Source: a virus | Direction: 5' to 3' (one strand) | Virus record (IMG/VR): IMGVR_UViG_3300028304_000465 | DNA: 64,000 nt | Shown: piece by piece, positions 37,848 to 48,625 of the stretch | Layout of the letters: every line of letters begins with the position of its first letter | Numbering within the stretch: the first letter of the stretch is position 1 | Notes under the pieces: model-generated | What the model was told of the DNA's origin: nothing | The model's input: the letters and a program-made list of their open reading frames with translations, nothing else | Databases searched by the model: none | Program-made: the position numbers and the translations under genes

Positions 37848-39158
37848 ATGGCAACTGAATACGGCGACGACACTGAACCCGGCACCATTACAGCAGAAAG
37901 CTCTGCTGAAAGTATCGTTACTTCCACCGAAGCACCGTCCGACATTTGCATCATTGGCCCTGCTGATCTCGGAAATGCGACTAATCCAGCAACCGAAGAT
38001 CAGGTCTATGAGGTTCGGCGGGACTCGACTGCTATTGATCTGTTCGGCCCGCAGTCGTCCAGCCTTCTCACAACAGCTCTGATTGACCAGATTCGAGAAG
38101 GCGCATCTCCGATCTACGCCGTTGCTCCTACCTCATCGAATGTGGACGCCGAGGATCACAGTTCGGTGAGTGAAACCACGGTCAGTCTCGCTAATTCGCC
38201 TTGTTCCGAAAAGTATACTGATACCCATGTGACGCTTGATGGGACAACGCTCACCGTAAATGTTACTCGGGAAGACGTTTCGACGCTCTCTCCTGAAGCG
38301 GGTGAGTGTTACTTCAACCCGGTAGAGGGTCGAGTCGAGGTTCCGACTGCTCCGAGTGCGGGTACAGGGATGACGGTGGATTACACGCACTTCAACTACG
38401 ACTCTGCTCTCACGTCCATCGAAGGTAATCAGGAAGCGAAAGAAGAGATTGACTTCCTGATGCCAATTCAGGAGACGCAAGCTGTTCAGGAGAGTGTGGT
38501 TTCGACTGCCAAAACCCTCTCTGCTGACCAGTATTACATGATGGCGTTCATCGCCCCGAACGCCGCTCGGATCGACCCGTCGAGCTTCACGAACCCGTAC
38601 GACTCTTCGCGGGTTCAGACGATCTACCCGACTCGGTTCGCTGACGGTTCGTCCGCTCTCGCGGCCTACGCTGGTAAGCGAGCGGACCTCGGACTGGAGC
38701 GCACGGCGATTCGCCAACGGCTCGAAACCGAAAAGGAACTCGCTGTCACGCTCGACCGGGCGGATCGTGGGACGCTCATCGACAAAAATATCGTTCCGCT
38801 CGGAAACAGTTCCAGAGGCGCAGTTATCCGCGACGATCCGACGACGCTTCAGACCGACAGTGGAGAGTCTACGATCAACTACGGCTTCAAGAGAATGGCT
38901 CTCGACTACGTGTACGCCGTCACCGAGGAAAACGAACAGCCGTTTATTGGACGGCTTCACAAGCAAGCAGTCAGGAACGCTCTTGCTGATCTGATCTCGG
39001 ACCAGATGACTGCAATGAGGAAGTCGGACATCATCGAGGCGTACAACGTCCGTATTTTTGAGGAGTCGGCAACTCGGGCGCGGCTCGAACTGGACATAGA
39101 CGCGCCGGAACCGCTCCGCTTCATCAAGAACGACGTGCGGATCGGCTCCTTTGACTAA
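37848..39158 (+). CDS. tail sheath protein
   Basis: 436 aa; C-terminal RLELDIDAPEPLRFI sheath signature; IRDDPTT. Confidence 0.85.
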   Translation: MATEYGDDTEPGTITAESSAESIVTSTEAPSDICIIGPADLGNATNPATEDQVYEVRRDSTAIDLFGPQSSSLLTTALIDQIREGASPIYAVAPTSSNVDAEDHSSVSETTVSLANSPCSEKYTDTHVTLDGTTLTVNVTREDVSTLSPEAGECYFNPVEGRVEVPTAPSAGTGMTVDYTHFNYDSALTSIEGNQEAKEEIDFLMPIQETQAVQESVVSTAKTLSADQYYMMAFIAPNAARIDPSSFTNPYDSSRVQTIYPTRFADGSSALAAYAGKRADLGLERTAIRQRLETEKELAVTLDRADRGTLIDKNIVPLGNSSRGAVIRDDPTTLQTDSGESTINYGFKRMALDYVYAVTEENEQPFIGRLHKQAVRNALADLISDQMTAMRKSDIIEAYNVRIFEESATRARLELDIDAPEPLRFIKNDVRIGSFD

Positions 39159-39164
39159 CGCCTC

Positions 39165-39175
39165 AAAGATTTAAG
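39165..39175 (+). promoter_or_regulatory. internal promoter for the tail tube gene
   Basis: AAAGATTTAAG about 20 nt before the ATG at 39193. Confidence 0.55.
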
Positions 39176-39192
39176 TTACAGGTAATTAATTC

Positions 39193-39672
39193 ATGTCTGC
39201 AAGCGCCCCCGACTCCGTTGACCGTATCGAATCCGCCGCAAATATCTCTCTCGTTGTTACAAAAGGCGCAGATCGGTCTACTGGCAGTTCTGCCGAAGTC
39301 GAAGAAGTACCGATCTCGCGTCTCGATACAACGAAGGAAATCGACATCACCGAGGTTCGTGAATCGAGCCTGAAGGCGACCGGGTACAGCATCACGGCGA
39401 TCTCCTACTCGGGAACGATGATGTTCAAAGGGTCTACGCTTACCCGAGTCTTCGGTGGTCGAACGTTGAGCCTCAACGATCTACTCTACGACGAGTCTGG
39501 TGTTCCAGAGCCGGTCAGCATCACGATCACTCACGACACTAACGGAGAGTCCGAAACCTACACGACAGTTCTTGTCACTTCCGAATCCTATGAGGTGCGG
39601 TCGGAAGAGGTGACGGAAACTGCCTACGATTGGGTAGCGATGAACCGCTCGACGGACAACCCGGATCGGTAA
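39193..39672 (+). CDS. tail tube protein
   Basis: Follows sheath; 159 aa; beta-rich. Confidence 0.75.
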   Translation: MSASAPDSVDRIESAANISLVVTKGADRSTGSSAEVEEVPISRLDTTKEIDITEVRESSLKATGYSITAISYSGTMMFKGSTLTRVFGGRTLSLNDLLYDESGVPEPVSITITHDTNGESETYTTVLVTSESYEVRSEEVTETAYDWVAMNRSTDNPDR

Positions 39673-39704
39673 CGCCCGCTAACTGAACCTTTCTTTCTGT
39701 ACTC

Positions 39705-40253
39705 ATGACTGAACCCACCACCGACACTGCTGACGCTGAAGAAGAGAACGACGTGAACATCTCCCGTCTCCGTGAGATGGCACTTCGGGGTGACAACTAC
39801 TCCGAACCCATCGAGGACTTCACTTACTACGGGATGGAGGGCGACCTGTATGTGCAGGGCCTCTCGGACCCCGTGTTCCTCCCCATCGCCGCTGTGCTGG
39901 AGTCGCGCCTCGATATTGATCCCGAAGAAGCGCAGGAGATGTTGGAGGAAGAGAAGACTGTCGATGACGAAACCGGAGAGCGGAGCATCGACCCCGAGCA
40001 GTTCGATGACGAGTTTATCCTTGTCATGAGTAAGGCCGCTGTAAAGGGTATCGACACCTCACAAGGCATCGCAGAAGGCGAGACTGAAGAGGGTCTTCGT
40101 GAAATCTTTGCTGTAGAGAGAGACGAGAACGGCAATCCTGTGGGCATCGGGCTTCAGGGCGGTAAAACACTCGTTATTGCAGAGCGCGTCCTCTCCATCT
40201 CTTCGGACGCTGAGAAGGCCGAATCCTTTCGCAGAGATGGGGGCGGCAAGTAG
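39705..40253 (+). CDS. tail assembly chaperone (G-like)
   Basis: Between tube and tape measure; ends over TCC TTT CGC. Confidence 0.7.
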   Translation: MTEPTTDTADAEEENDVNISRLREMALRGDNYSEPIEDFTYYGMEGDLYVQGLSDPVFLPIAAVLESRLDIDPEEAQEMLEEEKTVDDETGERSIDPEQFDDEFILVMSKAAVKGIDTSQGIAEGETEEGLREIFAVERDENGNPVGIGLQGGKTLVIAERVLSISSDAEKAESFRRDGGGK

Positions 40254-40536
40254 TCTCTACGACAACCTAAAAGAGTTCGACATGGGGTTCCGGGGTACCG
40301 ACGACCAACGAAACCTCACTCCATTTCAACGACAGATTCTTGACGCAGAACGCGGTCGCCGCGCCAAGAAAAAGAAGGAACAACGCGAGAAGATGCGGAA
40401 AGAAGCCCGACCTAATGGGCAAACTCCTTCTCGACCGACGAACAGCAGAGCGGGCGGTTCAAGCGGTAATTCGCAAGAAGAGACAGTCCGCTACATCAAC
40501 AAAAACGAGAACCCCGATTTCGAGGCTCCAGAATAG
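40230..40536 (+). CDS. tail assembly chaperone extension (T-like), +1 frame
   Basis: Overlaps the previous ORF in the +1 frame and ends at the tape measure start. Confidence 0.6.
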
Positions 40537-42558
40537 ATGACAGTCGATATTTCCGTTGATCTTAAAGCGGGAGAGGCTTACGCTGAACTCGCTAAACTCG
40601 AAACGCTCCTCAAGTCGATGGGGAGCGACATGGAGAGTGTTAATTTTGATTTCGGGGACTTCGATGTTGATGACCTTGCTGATGGGATTGACGACCTCAT
40701 AGACAGTCTCGAAAAAGCCGACAAAAAGATGTCGTCCATCGGAGATGAGATACGCGACGCGGCAAACTCTCTCGATGAAGTCGGCGCTATCGACGTAAAT
40801 CACCATACTGACAACGGGGGTGGTCGGAGTGGCGGAGACAACTTCAACATTGACCTCCCCGACTTCCTCAACGCAAATGGAGGAGGTGGAGGTAGCAGTG
40901 GAGGCGTCATGGGAGATGGCGATGGTGACGCGCCCGCTCTCGGTTCAGCGCAGATGGTTCGTGCCATCGAGCGAAGCTTCGGTTTCGACAGAGGTTCACT
41001 AAGCACTGAACTCGTAGATGCAATGAACGTGGATGAAGTCAACGAGGCTATTGCTGACTTCTACCACGATAAACACGATTCTTCCCAACGTGAACGAAAT
41101 CTCGGAGTCGCTTCCATCCCCGGTGCGTTCCGTCTTCCGAAGTCTGATTCGGTCGGCCAAGACCGTTCTCTCCGCGATGTGATGGAGATTCAGGACCGAC
41201 GGAACCGGCTTCAGGCCATGAATCTCGATACCCCGAGTATGGACATGCGAGATGCATACTCCACAGGATTCTTCGGAAGGATAAGCGGTCCTGATGACGA
41301 CCGACTCGAAGGTGTTCGAGAGAGGGTTAATGGGTTCGAGTCGAAACTTAGCCGATTGAAGCCGACCATCGGAAAGTTCTACACCCTGCTTGGCCTGCTC
41401 TCGCCTCTGCTCATCGCGGCTGGCGTACAGGCCGCAGGTGTCGCCGCGGCCTTCGGTTCAATTGCTGTTGCAGGCGGCGCAGTCATCGGTCTTGGCCTCA
41501 TCGGTCATGCTGATTCGCTTCAGGGGTCGATGCAGGCCGCAAAGGAAGAGGCGCAAAAACTCAAACAAGACCTTTTCAACGTCTTCCAGCCTACCGCACA
41601 GAGCTTTGCGCCCATCTCTGCGGAGTTTCTTGATTTCGCACCTGAAGAACTGACAAGAACGTCCCGTGAGATGCAGGGCCTCGTGCAGTTCTCAGACACA
41701 CTCTTCAATCTCTACGAAGCTGGTGTCGGCGGAGTCACAGAGTTCTTTGCCATTATCAACCGTAACGGGCCAGCCGTCTCTGACCTCACAACGCGCTTCG
41801 CGGGTCTGTTAGGCTCTGGTGCGTTGGACTTCTTCGAGTTCCTGTTGCAGAGCGCCGCAGACAATCAGCGCCTTCTCATCTCGCTCGGTGAAACACTGGT
41901 GAGTGTTGCGGTCATCATCTTCAACGTCTCGATGGCCGTAGGGCGGCTCGCAACGACATTCCTTCCGTTTGTGAAAGTCGTCGCGTTCCTCTCTGGACTG
42001 CTGAACAACAAGTTCGGCATGGCCCTCTTGATGGTCATCGCTTACACGTACATTCTGTCGAAGGCAACACTCACACTCGGAGCGGCATACAGCTTCATGC
42101 AAACAGGACTCAAGAAGGCAATCGCGTTCTTGGGACTCTACGAAGCGAACACATGGCGCTCTGTGGCCGCGACTCTTGCCCTTGCAGGCGCACTCTCGTT
42201 GGTCACGTTCGGTATCTCTGCGCTTGCAGGCGGCCTCGCGTTCGGCTCAATCGACCACGACGTGAAGGGCGGAAACTACGGCCCCGGCAGTGGCGGACCT
42301 AACTTTGGTGGCGGAGGAGTCGGCGGTGCCGCTGGCATGAGCGGTGGCGGTGGCAGTACAACAGTCGTGAACAACTACAACTTCGAGAATCACGGCTCGA
42401 TGAATTCAGACACGGAACAACGGTTCCGATCTGAATTCAAACGAATGGGAGGTGAAGAGAGCGCGAAGAACCCACCGTCTCCGTCTTCCCCCTCATTGGA
42501 TTCTACTACGAAGAAAGACGGAGGTAACAGTGCTGACATGCCTTCAAAAGTCAAATAA
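40537..42558 (+). CDS. tape measure protein
   Basis: 673 aa; Ala/Gly-rich helical with hydrophobic segments; position. Confidence 0.85.
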   Translation: MTVDISVDLKAGEAYAELAKLETLLKSMGSDMESVNFDFGDFDVDDLADGIDDLIDSLEKADKKMSSIGDEIRDAANSLDEVGAIDVNHHTDNGGGRSGGDNFNIDLPDFLNANGGGGGSSGGVMGDGDGDAPALGSAQMVRAIERSFGFDRGSLSTELVDAMNVDEVNEAIADFYHDKHDSSQRERNLGVASIPGAFRLPKSDSVGQDRSLRDVMEIQDRRNRLQAMNLDTPSMDMRDAYSTGFFGRISGPDDDRLEGVRERVNGFESKLSRLKPTIGKFYTLLGLLSPLLIAAGVQAAGVAAAFGSIAVAGGAVIGLGLIGHADSLQGSMQAAKEEAQKLKQDLFNVFQPTAQSFAPISAEFLDFAPEELTRTSREMQGLVQFSDTLFNLYEAGVGGVTEFFAIINRNGPAVSDLTTRFAGLLGSGALDFFEFLLQSAADNQRLLISLGETLVSVAVIIFNVSMAVGRLATTFLPFVKVVAFLSGLLNNKFGMALLMVIAYTYILSKATLTLGAAYSFMQTGLKKAIAFLGLYEANTWRSVAATLALAGALSLVTFGISALAGGLAFGSIDHDVKGGNYGPGSGGPNFGGGGVGGAAGMSGGGGSTTVVNNYNFENHGSMNSDTEQRFRSEFKRMGGEESAKNPPSPSSPSLDSTTKKDGGNSADMPSKVK

Positions 42559-43079
42559 TGAGTATTCGAGATTCTGATATTCTTCCTACACAGGAAGTCG
42601 GAGACGCGCTCTACGATCTTGACATTCCCGATGACCCTGCCGCTGAACTTCCATTCGAGATCGCACCAGAGAAAGAGGACTGGTCGTTCACTCCGTTCTA
42701 TTATCCTGATCGGTTCCCACAAACCAAGGAGAAAGAACTGAATCGGAGTGGACATCAGTGCGACGGTGAAGACATCTCGATCAAGACAATCAAGAACGAG
42801 GAATTTCACGTCTCCGGTGTCATTCTCGCAGAAGAAGTTGGAACGTTTAAGAAACTTCGTGACTACGGTGATCGTGTAAACGTCTTTTCTCCACTCAACC
42901 CAACTGGCGGAATAAAATGTATCGTGAAAAACGGCGAAGTGGACGCTAACCCCGAAGGATTCGATGCACGGTTCCGACAATGGCGTTTCGAGTACACACT
43001 CGACTTCGTAAGTACCGGCTACGACGAGTACAATCGCAGTGAAAACGCTATCATCTCTGCGATCACAAATCAATCATGA
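42558..43079 (+). CDS. baseplate/tube-initiator protein (putative)
   Basis: Position after TMP. Confidence 0.55.
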   Translation: MSIRDSDILPTQEVGDALYDLDIPDDPAAELPFEIAPEKEDWSFTPFYYPDRFPQTKEKELNRSGHQCDGEDISIKTIKNEEFHVSGVILAEEVGTFKKLRDYGDRVNVFSPLNPTGGIKCIVKNGEVDANPEGFDARFRQWRFEYTLDFVSTGYDEYNRSENAIISAITNQS

Positions 43080-44572
43080 CGTGTGGTGATTCAAATTGGA
43101 CGTTTCGGTTCCCTCACACTTCCGGTCCTAATGGGCCATTCGAAATTCGTCCATTTGAGATGACGTTCCAGATGGAGCGGAAAAAATACGACTACGCAAG
43201 GGCGGAGTTCGATTATTCTGTCGGGGAGCAGATGAAGGAACACACCCATGAGAAGGGTGGGCAACTCCGCACTCCACAACCCGTTGAAGTGTGTCTCGGT
43301 GGAGAAGTAATCAAGATTCTATACTTCAAACCTGATTACGTCACCTACGGAGATCATGGGACTTACATCAAATTCCACGACTTGCAGGAGTCGATGGACA
43401 GCGGAGTCGTGGACACGCAGTGGGAACGTGTCGAACTAAAGAAGGCATACAAACACGCCTTCGAGAAACGAACAAATAATCTCATTAATGAGATTAAGTT
43501 CGCAATCCCCGACGACATCGAGACTGAACTTGTTGGTCAGTCAATCTTCGCTGTAGATCAACTTGTTGACACACGTGTCAAGGAAGTAGATTCTATTCGA
43601 GATGAAGTTCTTTCTATCACAAAGAGCGAAGAAATAGCTCGGATAGAAGCAAATTCCAACAAAAAACTCGTTGATTCGTACTACGCTATCGACTTCGAGC
43701 AGGTTTCACCCACGAAAGCTATCTGGAAACTCAATGAGATGTTCAACATAGATACATGGGTGGACAAAAATCGAACACTATGGGTTGGAACTCCCGAAGC
43801 ATTAGGCCGTGGTCATCTTGCGGCTCCAAATGATAATCGAGTATGGCGGTACAACGGTGATAAGGTAAACATCCGCCACGCTCGGGAACCTATTTTTGCC
43901 GTTATCGTAGAAGGAAGATGGATAGACGAAAATGGGATCGGAACTCCCGAAGACGTTATCAACTGGTTCGATACCAGCGACGATAACAGTCAAGGGTTCG
44001 GTGACTACCGAGCAGAAGGCGTTGCACTTCGTCCAAATGTAAACCCCGATGAGGGGAGGATCATCAAGCGAAAGGACACAAAAGCAAAGAAAGACGCGCT
44101 TGATGAAGTTGCTCTGAAGTATCTGCGCGAAGCATCGAAAGATCAGAACTCCGGTTCTGTTCAACTAATTCCAGAGCTATCTGGTGAAGAGATTAGCAAG
44201 TTTTCCGAACTAAGAGTCGGTGACGCACTTCGGCTTGTTCCAAACGACAAATGGTTCGATAACCCCTCCGCCTCATCGGGGCAGTTAGGTGATCGTCCAG
44301 ATCGTCGGTTCAACTGTGGATCGTTCATCTATAACGAAGTCTATCATGTCCAAGGCGTCACTCATGATGTGACACAAGGAGACTGGAAAGTGAACGTTTA
44401 CTTGGGGATGTTCCCCGACTTCGAGGCGAAGAAATATCTCCGTTTCTTCGATCCGAGAAGCGGAGAAGTTGTGTCCGAGGAAGACGTGTACCCCAAGATC
44501 GAGAACGGCAATCCAATTATCGAAACTACAGGCGAGACGGAAGACGAATACGGTCTTAGCGGTGGCTCATAA
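43076..44572 (+). CDS. baseplate hub protein (putative)
   Basis: 498 aa; C-terminal YHVQGVTHDV motif of gpD/gp27-like hubs. Confidence 0.65.
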   Translation: MTCGDSNWTFRFPHTSGPNGPFEIRPFEMTFQMERKKYDYARAEFDYSVGEQMKEHTHEKGGQLRTPQPVEVCLGGEVIKILYFKPDYVTYGDHGTYIKFHDLQESMDSGVVDTQWERVELKKAYKHAFEKRTNNLINEIKFAIPDDIETELVGQSIFAVDQLVDTRVKEVDSIRDEVLSITKSEEIARIEANSNKKLVDSYYAIDFEQVSPTKAIWKLNEMFNIDTWVDKNRTLWVGTPEALGRGHLAAPNDNRVWRYNGDKVNIRHAREPIFAVIVEGRWIDENGIGTPEDVINWFDTSDDNSQGFGDYRAEGVALRPNVNPDEGRIIKRKDTKAKKDALDEVALKYLREASKDQNSGSVQLIPELSGEEISKFSELRVGDALRLVPNDKWFDNPSASSGQLGDRPDRRFNCGSFIYNEVYHVQGVTHDVTQGDWKVNVYLGMFPDFEAKKYLRFFDPRSGEVVSEEDVYPKIENGNPIIETTGETEDEYGLSGGS

Positions 44573-44961
44573 TGGAACACGGGATCATTACAGCAACTCG
44601 GTACGAACAGGGTGTAATCCTGTGTGACGTTCAGCCGATAAGGGTGAACGATGAATACGAAAATATCCCTGTGATGAAGCCGTTCGATGGATTCCACGCT
44701 GTTCCAAAAATGGGACAAAAAGTCGGAATGGTCCAACTCTCGGACGATTCTCGGTTCATTACGAAAATCATAGCCCGTAACCCCGATGGACATTACCCTG
44801 ATTCGATGGAAGAAGGTGAACTAACGATCCAACTCGATTCCGAGACAAAAATCGCCTTCGAGAAAAACAACAGCGGGGAGTATGACGTGACGCTCGGCGC
44901 ATCAGGGCATCTTCAGATCAACGCTGATTCGGTTGACATCGACACAACAGAAGGATCATGA
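44572..44961 (+). CDS. baseplate spike (gpV-like OB-fold)
   Basis: G.ITA.....VDVQP...VPKMGQKVGM pattern. Confidence 0.65.
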   Translation: MEHGIITATRYEQGVILCDVQPIRVNDEYENIPVMKPFDGFHAVPKMGQKVGMVQLSDDSRFITKIIARNPDGHYPDSMEEGELTIQLDSETKIAFEKNNSGEYDVTLGASGHLQINADSVDIDTTEGS

Positions 44962-45320
44962 GTAAGCTAATTGCTCTTATCGGTGCATCATGTGAAGCGA
45001 CTGGGCATCCATCCGAGTGTCAGGAACCAGCACTGGGCGACACCGATGAGGGTGGAGATGAGTCAGTTACGATCAACGGGACTCCGATAGCTACCCACGA
45101 AGACTCGATGCATTTCCCCGATCACGCTCATGCGTACTCGTCTGACAAAGGGTGCTACGATGTACAATCTCACGATCTGGTTCCTGACGAGACACCACAG
45201 ATCACAGTGAACGGACAGCCGGTCATGCGCGTCGGAGATAGCACGACCGATCCGGGTAGTGGTGGAACAGCAGAAATAGTTGATTCAGGCGGTAACAGCG
45301 CGGTTAGTCATACCCCATAA
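44958..45320 (+). CDS. PAAR-like spike tip protein
   Basis: VTINGTPIAT.ED...H, ITVNGQPVMRVGDST. Confidence 0.75.
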   Translation: MSKLIALIGASCEATGHPSECQEPALGDTDEGGDESVTINGTPIATHEDSMHFPDHAHAYSSDKGCYDVQSHDLVPDETPQITVNGQPVMRVGDSTTDPGSGGTAEIVDSGGNSAVSHTP

Positions 45321-45327
45321 CAAATGC

Positions 45328-45645
45328 ATGGACTACAAACTCAATAGAGATTTTGACATCGAGTTCACCGAGTGGGGAGATTTTCAGACTGTCGAAGGAC
45401 GTGAAGAGTTCGAGCAGAAGTTGATTGTTCGTCTTCATGCGAACGAACGCCCCCTCATCGGTGCAAACAGTACGTCCTCATCTGTGAAAGAAAAAGCTCG
45501 ACAGATAATCACGCGAACAGCAAGAGAGTTTGAAGTAGTTGATACCATAGCGCAATTGAACATCTCCACTGAAACTCCAGTGGGTCAAACACTGAAGATT
45601 ACAGTCGCATACGATACCGGCAATTCATTCACGAGGTCTATTTAA
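45328..45645 (+). CDS. baseplate wedge gp25-like protein
   Basis: DIEFTEWGDFQTVEG; position before baseplate J. Confidence 0.65.
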   Translation: MDYKLNRDFDIEFTEWGDFQTVEGREEFEQKLIVRLHANERPLIGANSTSSSVKEKARQIITRTAREFEVVDTIAQLNISTETPVGQTLKITVAYDTGNSFTRSI

Positions 45646-47457
45646 ATGCCAATTACAGATGACGGATACGAAAAGTATTCGTGGGAAGAAATCTACGACC
45701 GCTTGAAATCTGACTTCGAGGAGACGTTCAACGAAACTGTTGAACCCGGAGACATCATCCATCATCAACTTGAAGCAGAAGCAAAGACGCTCGCTGAAAA
45801 CCAAGAGGAAGCTCTTGAGCGAGTTTATCGTGCCGCGTATCTAAGCGATGCTGAAGGGAAAGAGCTTGACAAGCTCGTCTCTCTTATTGGTCTTCAACGA
45901 CGTGATGCCGTCGAAGCAAGCGGTGTAGTCGAGTTTATCACCGATGATCCGCCGCTTGCTACCTACACTGTCCCAAGTAGCACTGAGCTTCAAACTCGTG
46001 GCTCTGATCCTATAGAGTTCGTCACGACTGAAACAGCTACTATCGAGTATATTGATGGGTTCGAGGAAAATCTGAACGGATGGAGTGGTGATAAATCATC
46101 CTTCTCGATCAACACGACCTCTCCAATTAATGGAGATGGATCGCTTGAGGTTCCAGCTACGTCCGATGTTGAGATCGAAACGGACAACACCTACAACATC
46201 GGGACTCACTTCAATCTCGACCTCTCCCCCTCATCGGGGTCGGTAAAGTCGGTAAAATTCGGAATTAAAGACAATTCTAACTACCATGAGGTGATTCTCG
46301 ATACTGTTTCGGATCAGATCACTTTATGTGTTGTCAAAGATGATGTTGAAACTGCATCGAAGACGACTTCAGTGACGTTCCCGACTGGTGAAGTCAGTCA
46401 CCTCGAAATTCAGTGGACGCTACACGGCGATCTTCATGTCGGCCTTTACGATTCAAGTGATCGTGAGACGCAAATAGCCGAAGCGAATCTCTCCTACACT
46501 CGTGATTGGGAAACTGGTTCTCTCGCCATCGCTTCTAACGATGCGAATGCGACGATGTTGGTGGATGATCTCTGCACTACGCTCGTCACTGCCAACATCG
46601 AAGCAATTTACGGTGGAGTAGAAGGAAACGTCGGTCCTGACACAATCAGGGTTGCTCCAAGTGGTCTAACGGGGATTCAGACGGTCACGAACCCCATTCC
46701 GACTGGTGACGCATCATTCAACGACACGAACCTCAACCCACTTGCTCTTGGTCAAGATCGAGAGAACGACGAAGAGCTACGTGATCGAGCCTTTGAGAAC
46801 AGTAGTATCGGTGGTGCCGCATCGTTAAGCGCACTTGGGACTGCACTTGGTAATATTGATGGAGTGCAGTCAGTTACAGTTAAGCGCAACAGGGAAGATT
46901 CCACCGTAGATGGGCTTCCTCCTCACTCCTATGAGCCGATTATCTATGGTGGCTCGAAAGAAGAGGTGGCATCGGTTCTACACCAAACTGCTTCTATTGA
47001 CTCTACTGACGTAGGCGGCGTTCATGGGTCTGAAGTCACTTACGGGATCGAGTCTGACATAACTGGACAGACTGAAACATACCACTGGTCTGTGCCGATA
47101 GAAAAGACTCTCAACATTACGGTCGATCTTGTCGTTGACTCGACCTACGTTGGCGACGAAGACATCCAGTCGATTATTGCTAACTACATCGGTGGCACTG
47201 ACATTGATGGATCACAAGTCGGCGGCCTCGACAACGGTGAAGACGTGTACGAAGCAGTGCTGAAAGGTAAACTGGTTGACCCCGATGAGTTGGGGGTTTG
47301 GGAAGTCGATTCAGTCACAATAGACGACAACGCGGACGGTACAGACGACACAACCGAAACTTCGAGCGGTGCAGATGTCTACGCAGTGAGCGACGATCAG
47401 GTGGCAGTAACGAACGCCCGTGACGGCTCGATCACTGTCAACACTACTTCCAAATAA
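45646..47457 (+). CDS. baseplate J-like protein with inserted beta-sandwich domain
   Basis: AEGKELDKLVSLIGLQR, GGVEGNV, G.DRENDEELRDR, PPHS. Confidence 0.85.
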   Translation: MPITDDGYEKYSWEEIYDRLKSDFEETFNETVEPGDIIHHQLEAEAKTLAENQEEALERVYRAAYLSDAEGKELDKLVSLIGLQRRDAVEASGVVEFITDDPPLATYTVPSSTELQTRGSDPIEFVTTETATIEYIDGFEENLNGWSGDKSSFSINTTSPINGDGSLEVPATSDVEIETDNTYNIGTHFNLDLSPSSGSVKSVKFGIKDNSNYHEVILDTVSDQITLCVVKDDVETASKTTSVTFPTGEVSHLEIQWTLHGDLHVGLYDSSDRETQIAEANLSYTRDWETGSLAIASNDANATMLVDDLCTTLVTANIEAIYGGVEGNVGPDTIRVAPSGLTGIQTVTNPIPTGDASFNDTNLNPLALGQDRENDEELRDRAFENSSIGGAASLSALGTALGNIDGVQSVTVKRNREDSTVDGLPPHSYEPIIYGGSKEEVASVLHQTASIDSTDVGGVHGSEVTYGIESDITGQTETYHWSVPIEKTLNITVDLVVDSTYVGDEDIQSIIANYIGGTDIDGSQVGGLDNGEDVYEAVLKGKLVDPDELGVWEVDSVTIDDNADGTDDTTETSSGADVYAVSDDQVAVTNARDGSITVNTTSK

Positions 47458-47460
47458 TCC

Positions 47461-47832
47461 ATGTCAGAGCTAACTACTGAAGGCTACCAGAGTTTCCGTG
47501 ACTTCGTGAACAGCAGTACAGCAATCCCGAACGAGTGGGGCTACGTCGAAATCTACGACGATGCTCAAAACCCGGTAACTCGTGTTTCTATCACCGGAGA
47601 TTCCCGATGCCAGTGGCTGGACGACGACGGCGATAAAACGCTCAAGGTAGAGTTCGATGTGACTGGTGGAGATAGTGACATCACGCTTCCAGTTACTATT
47701 CAGTATTCTGCAATTTGGGACGCTTCAACTGGTGGTCGTCAGGTTACGGCAAAGGAGCAGTTTGCTTCTGCAACACTGAACCAAAGTGGTGACAACGTGA
47801 CGATCACTCACAGTATCGACATCCCGCAGTAA
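47461..47832 (+). CDS. virion structural protein (123 aa)
   Basis: Position; FDVTGG...YSAIWDASTGG motif. Confidence 0.6.
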   Translation: MSELTTEGYQSFRDFVNSSTAIPNEWGYVEIYDDAQNPVTRVSITGDSRCQWLDDDGDKTLKVEFDVTGGDSDITLPVTIQYSAIWDASTGGRQVTAKEQFASATLNQSGDNVTITHSIDIPQ

Positions 47833-47842
47833 ATCAAAATAT

Positions 47843-48619
47843 ATGGCTCTAAATTGGGATACTGAAACAGACTGGAATAATGCTCGGTCTGTGAACAATA
47901 TATCGATAAATGGGAGTACGTTTTCGTTATCTGAAAGCGATATATTGAGTAGCGTTTTACATCGCCAAAATCCAGACAATTATACTACGTCAAATTGGCC
48001 TGATGAGATCGCGTCGATGGACATGGACACGGTTTCGGGATCATATGACGGAAATAAGTTTAATGGTGCCGGTGGGGTTTATTTTGCAAGTGCTGAAGAA
48101 GCATATTCTTCAACCGGTCCTGATTACGTAGGCGAAAATATTACCTCTGGTTTCTCTGTTAGTGTTCCATTCCAATTTTCGACTCTTGATGGTGGAAGTG
48201 GTGATATACTTTTGCAAGGTTATGGAACTGGTTACTTCAGAATTACCATGAATGGATATTCGTGGACTGGAGCAAGTGGAATTACTGCTAATATTAACGA
48301 TGATGACGGAAATTCTTTAATAGAATACACGGGCAATAGACATGATGACGGAAATCCTCATCACTTGATTGTTAATTGTTATGGTATAAATTCTGGAGAT
48401 ATAGAATTTTTTGTTGATGATATGAGCAATCCTGAACCGAATTACAATAACCGTGATGAAGGACTGTCCAGTTCAAAAATTGGTGAATTTACCAGTTCTA
48501 CTTACGTCATGGATAACACAGATTATGGTGCAAGTGGAACAGTTGGAAATATTCGATGGTTCAGCGAAACGCTCTCTGAAAGTCAACGAACAACGGTTGA
48601 TGACTCTCTGCCGTGGTAA
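47843..48619 (+). CDS. low-GC LamG/concanavalin-like putative adhesin (258 aa)
   Basis: AT-rich DNA; PHHLIVN...IEFFVD...GNIRWFSETLS pattern. Confidence 0.6.
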   Translation: MALNWDTETDWNNARSVNNISINGSTFSLSESDILSSVLHRQNPDNYTTSNWPDEIASMDMDTVSGSYDGNKFNGAGGVYFASAEEAYSSTGPDYVGENITSGFSVSVPFQFSTLDGGSGDILLQGYGTGYFRITMNGYSWTGASGITANINDDDGNSLIEYTGNRHDDGNPHHLIVNCYGINSGDIEFFVDDMSNPEPNYNNRDEGLSSSKIGEFTSSTYVMDNTDYGASGTVGNIRWFSETLSESQRTTVDDSLPW

Positions 48620-48625
48620 TTAAAA

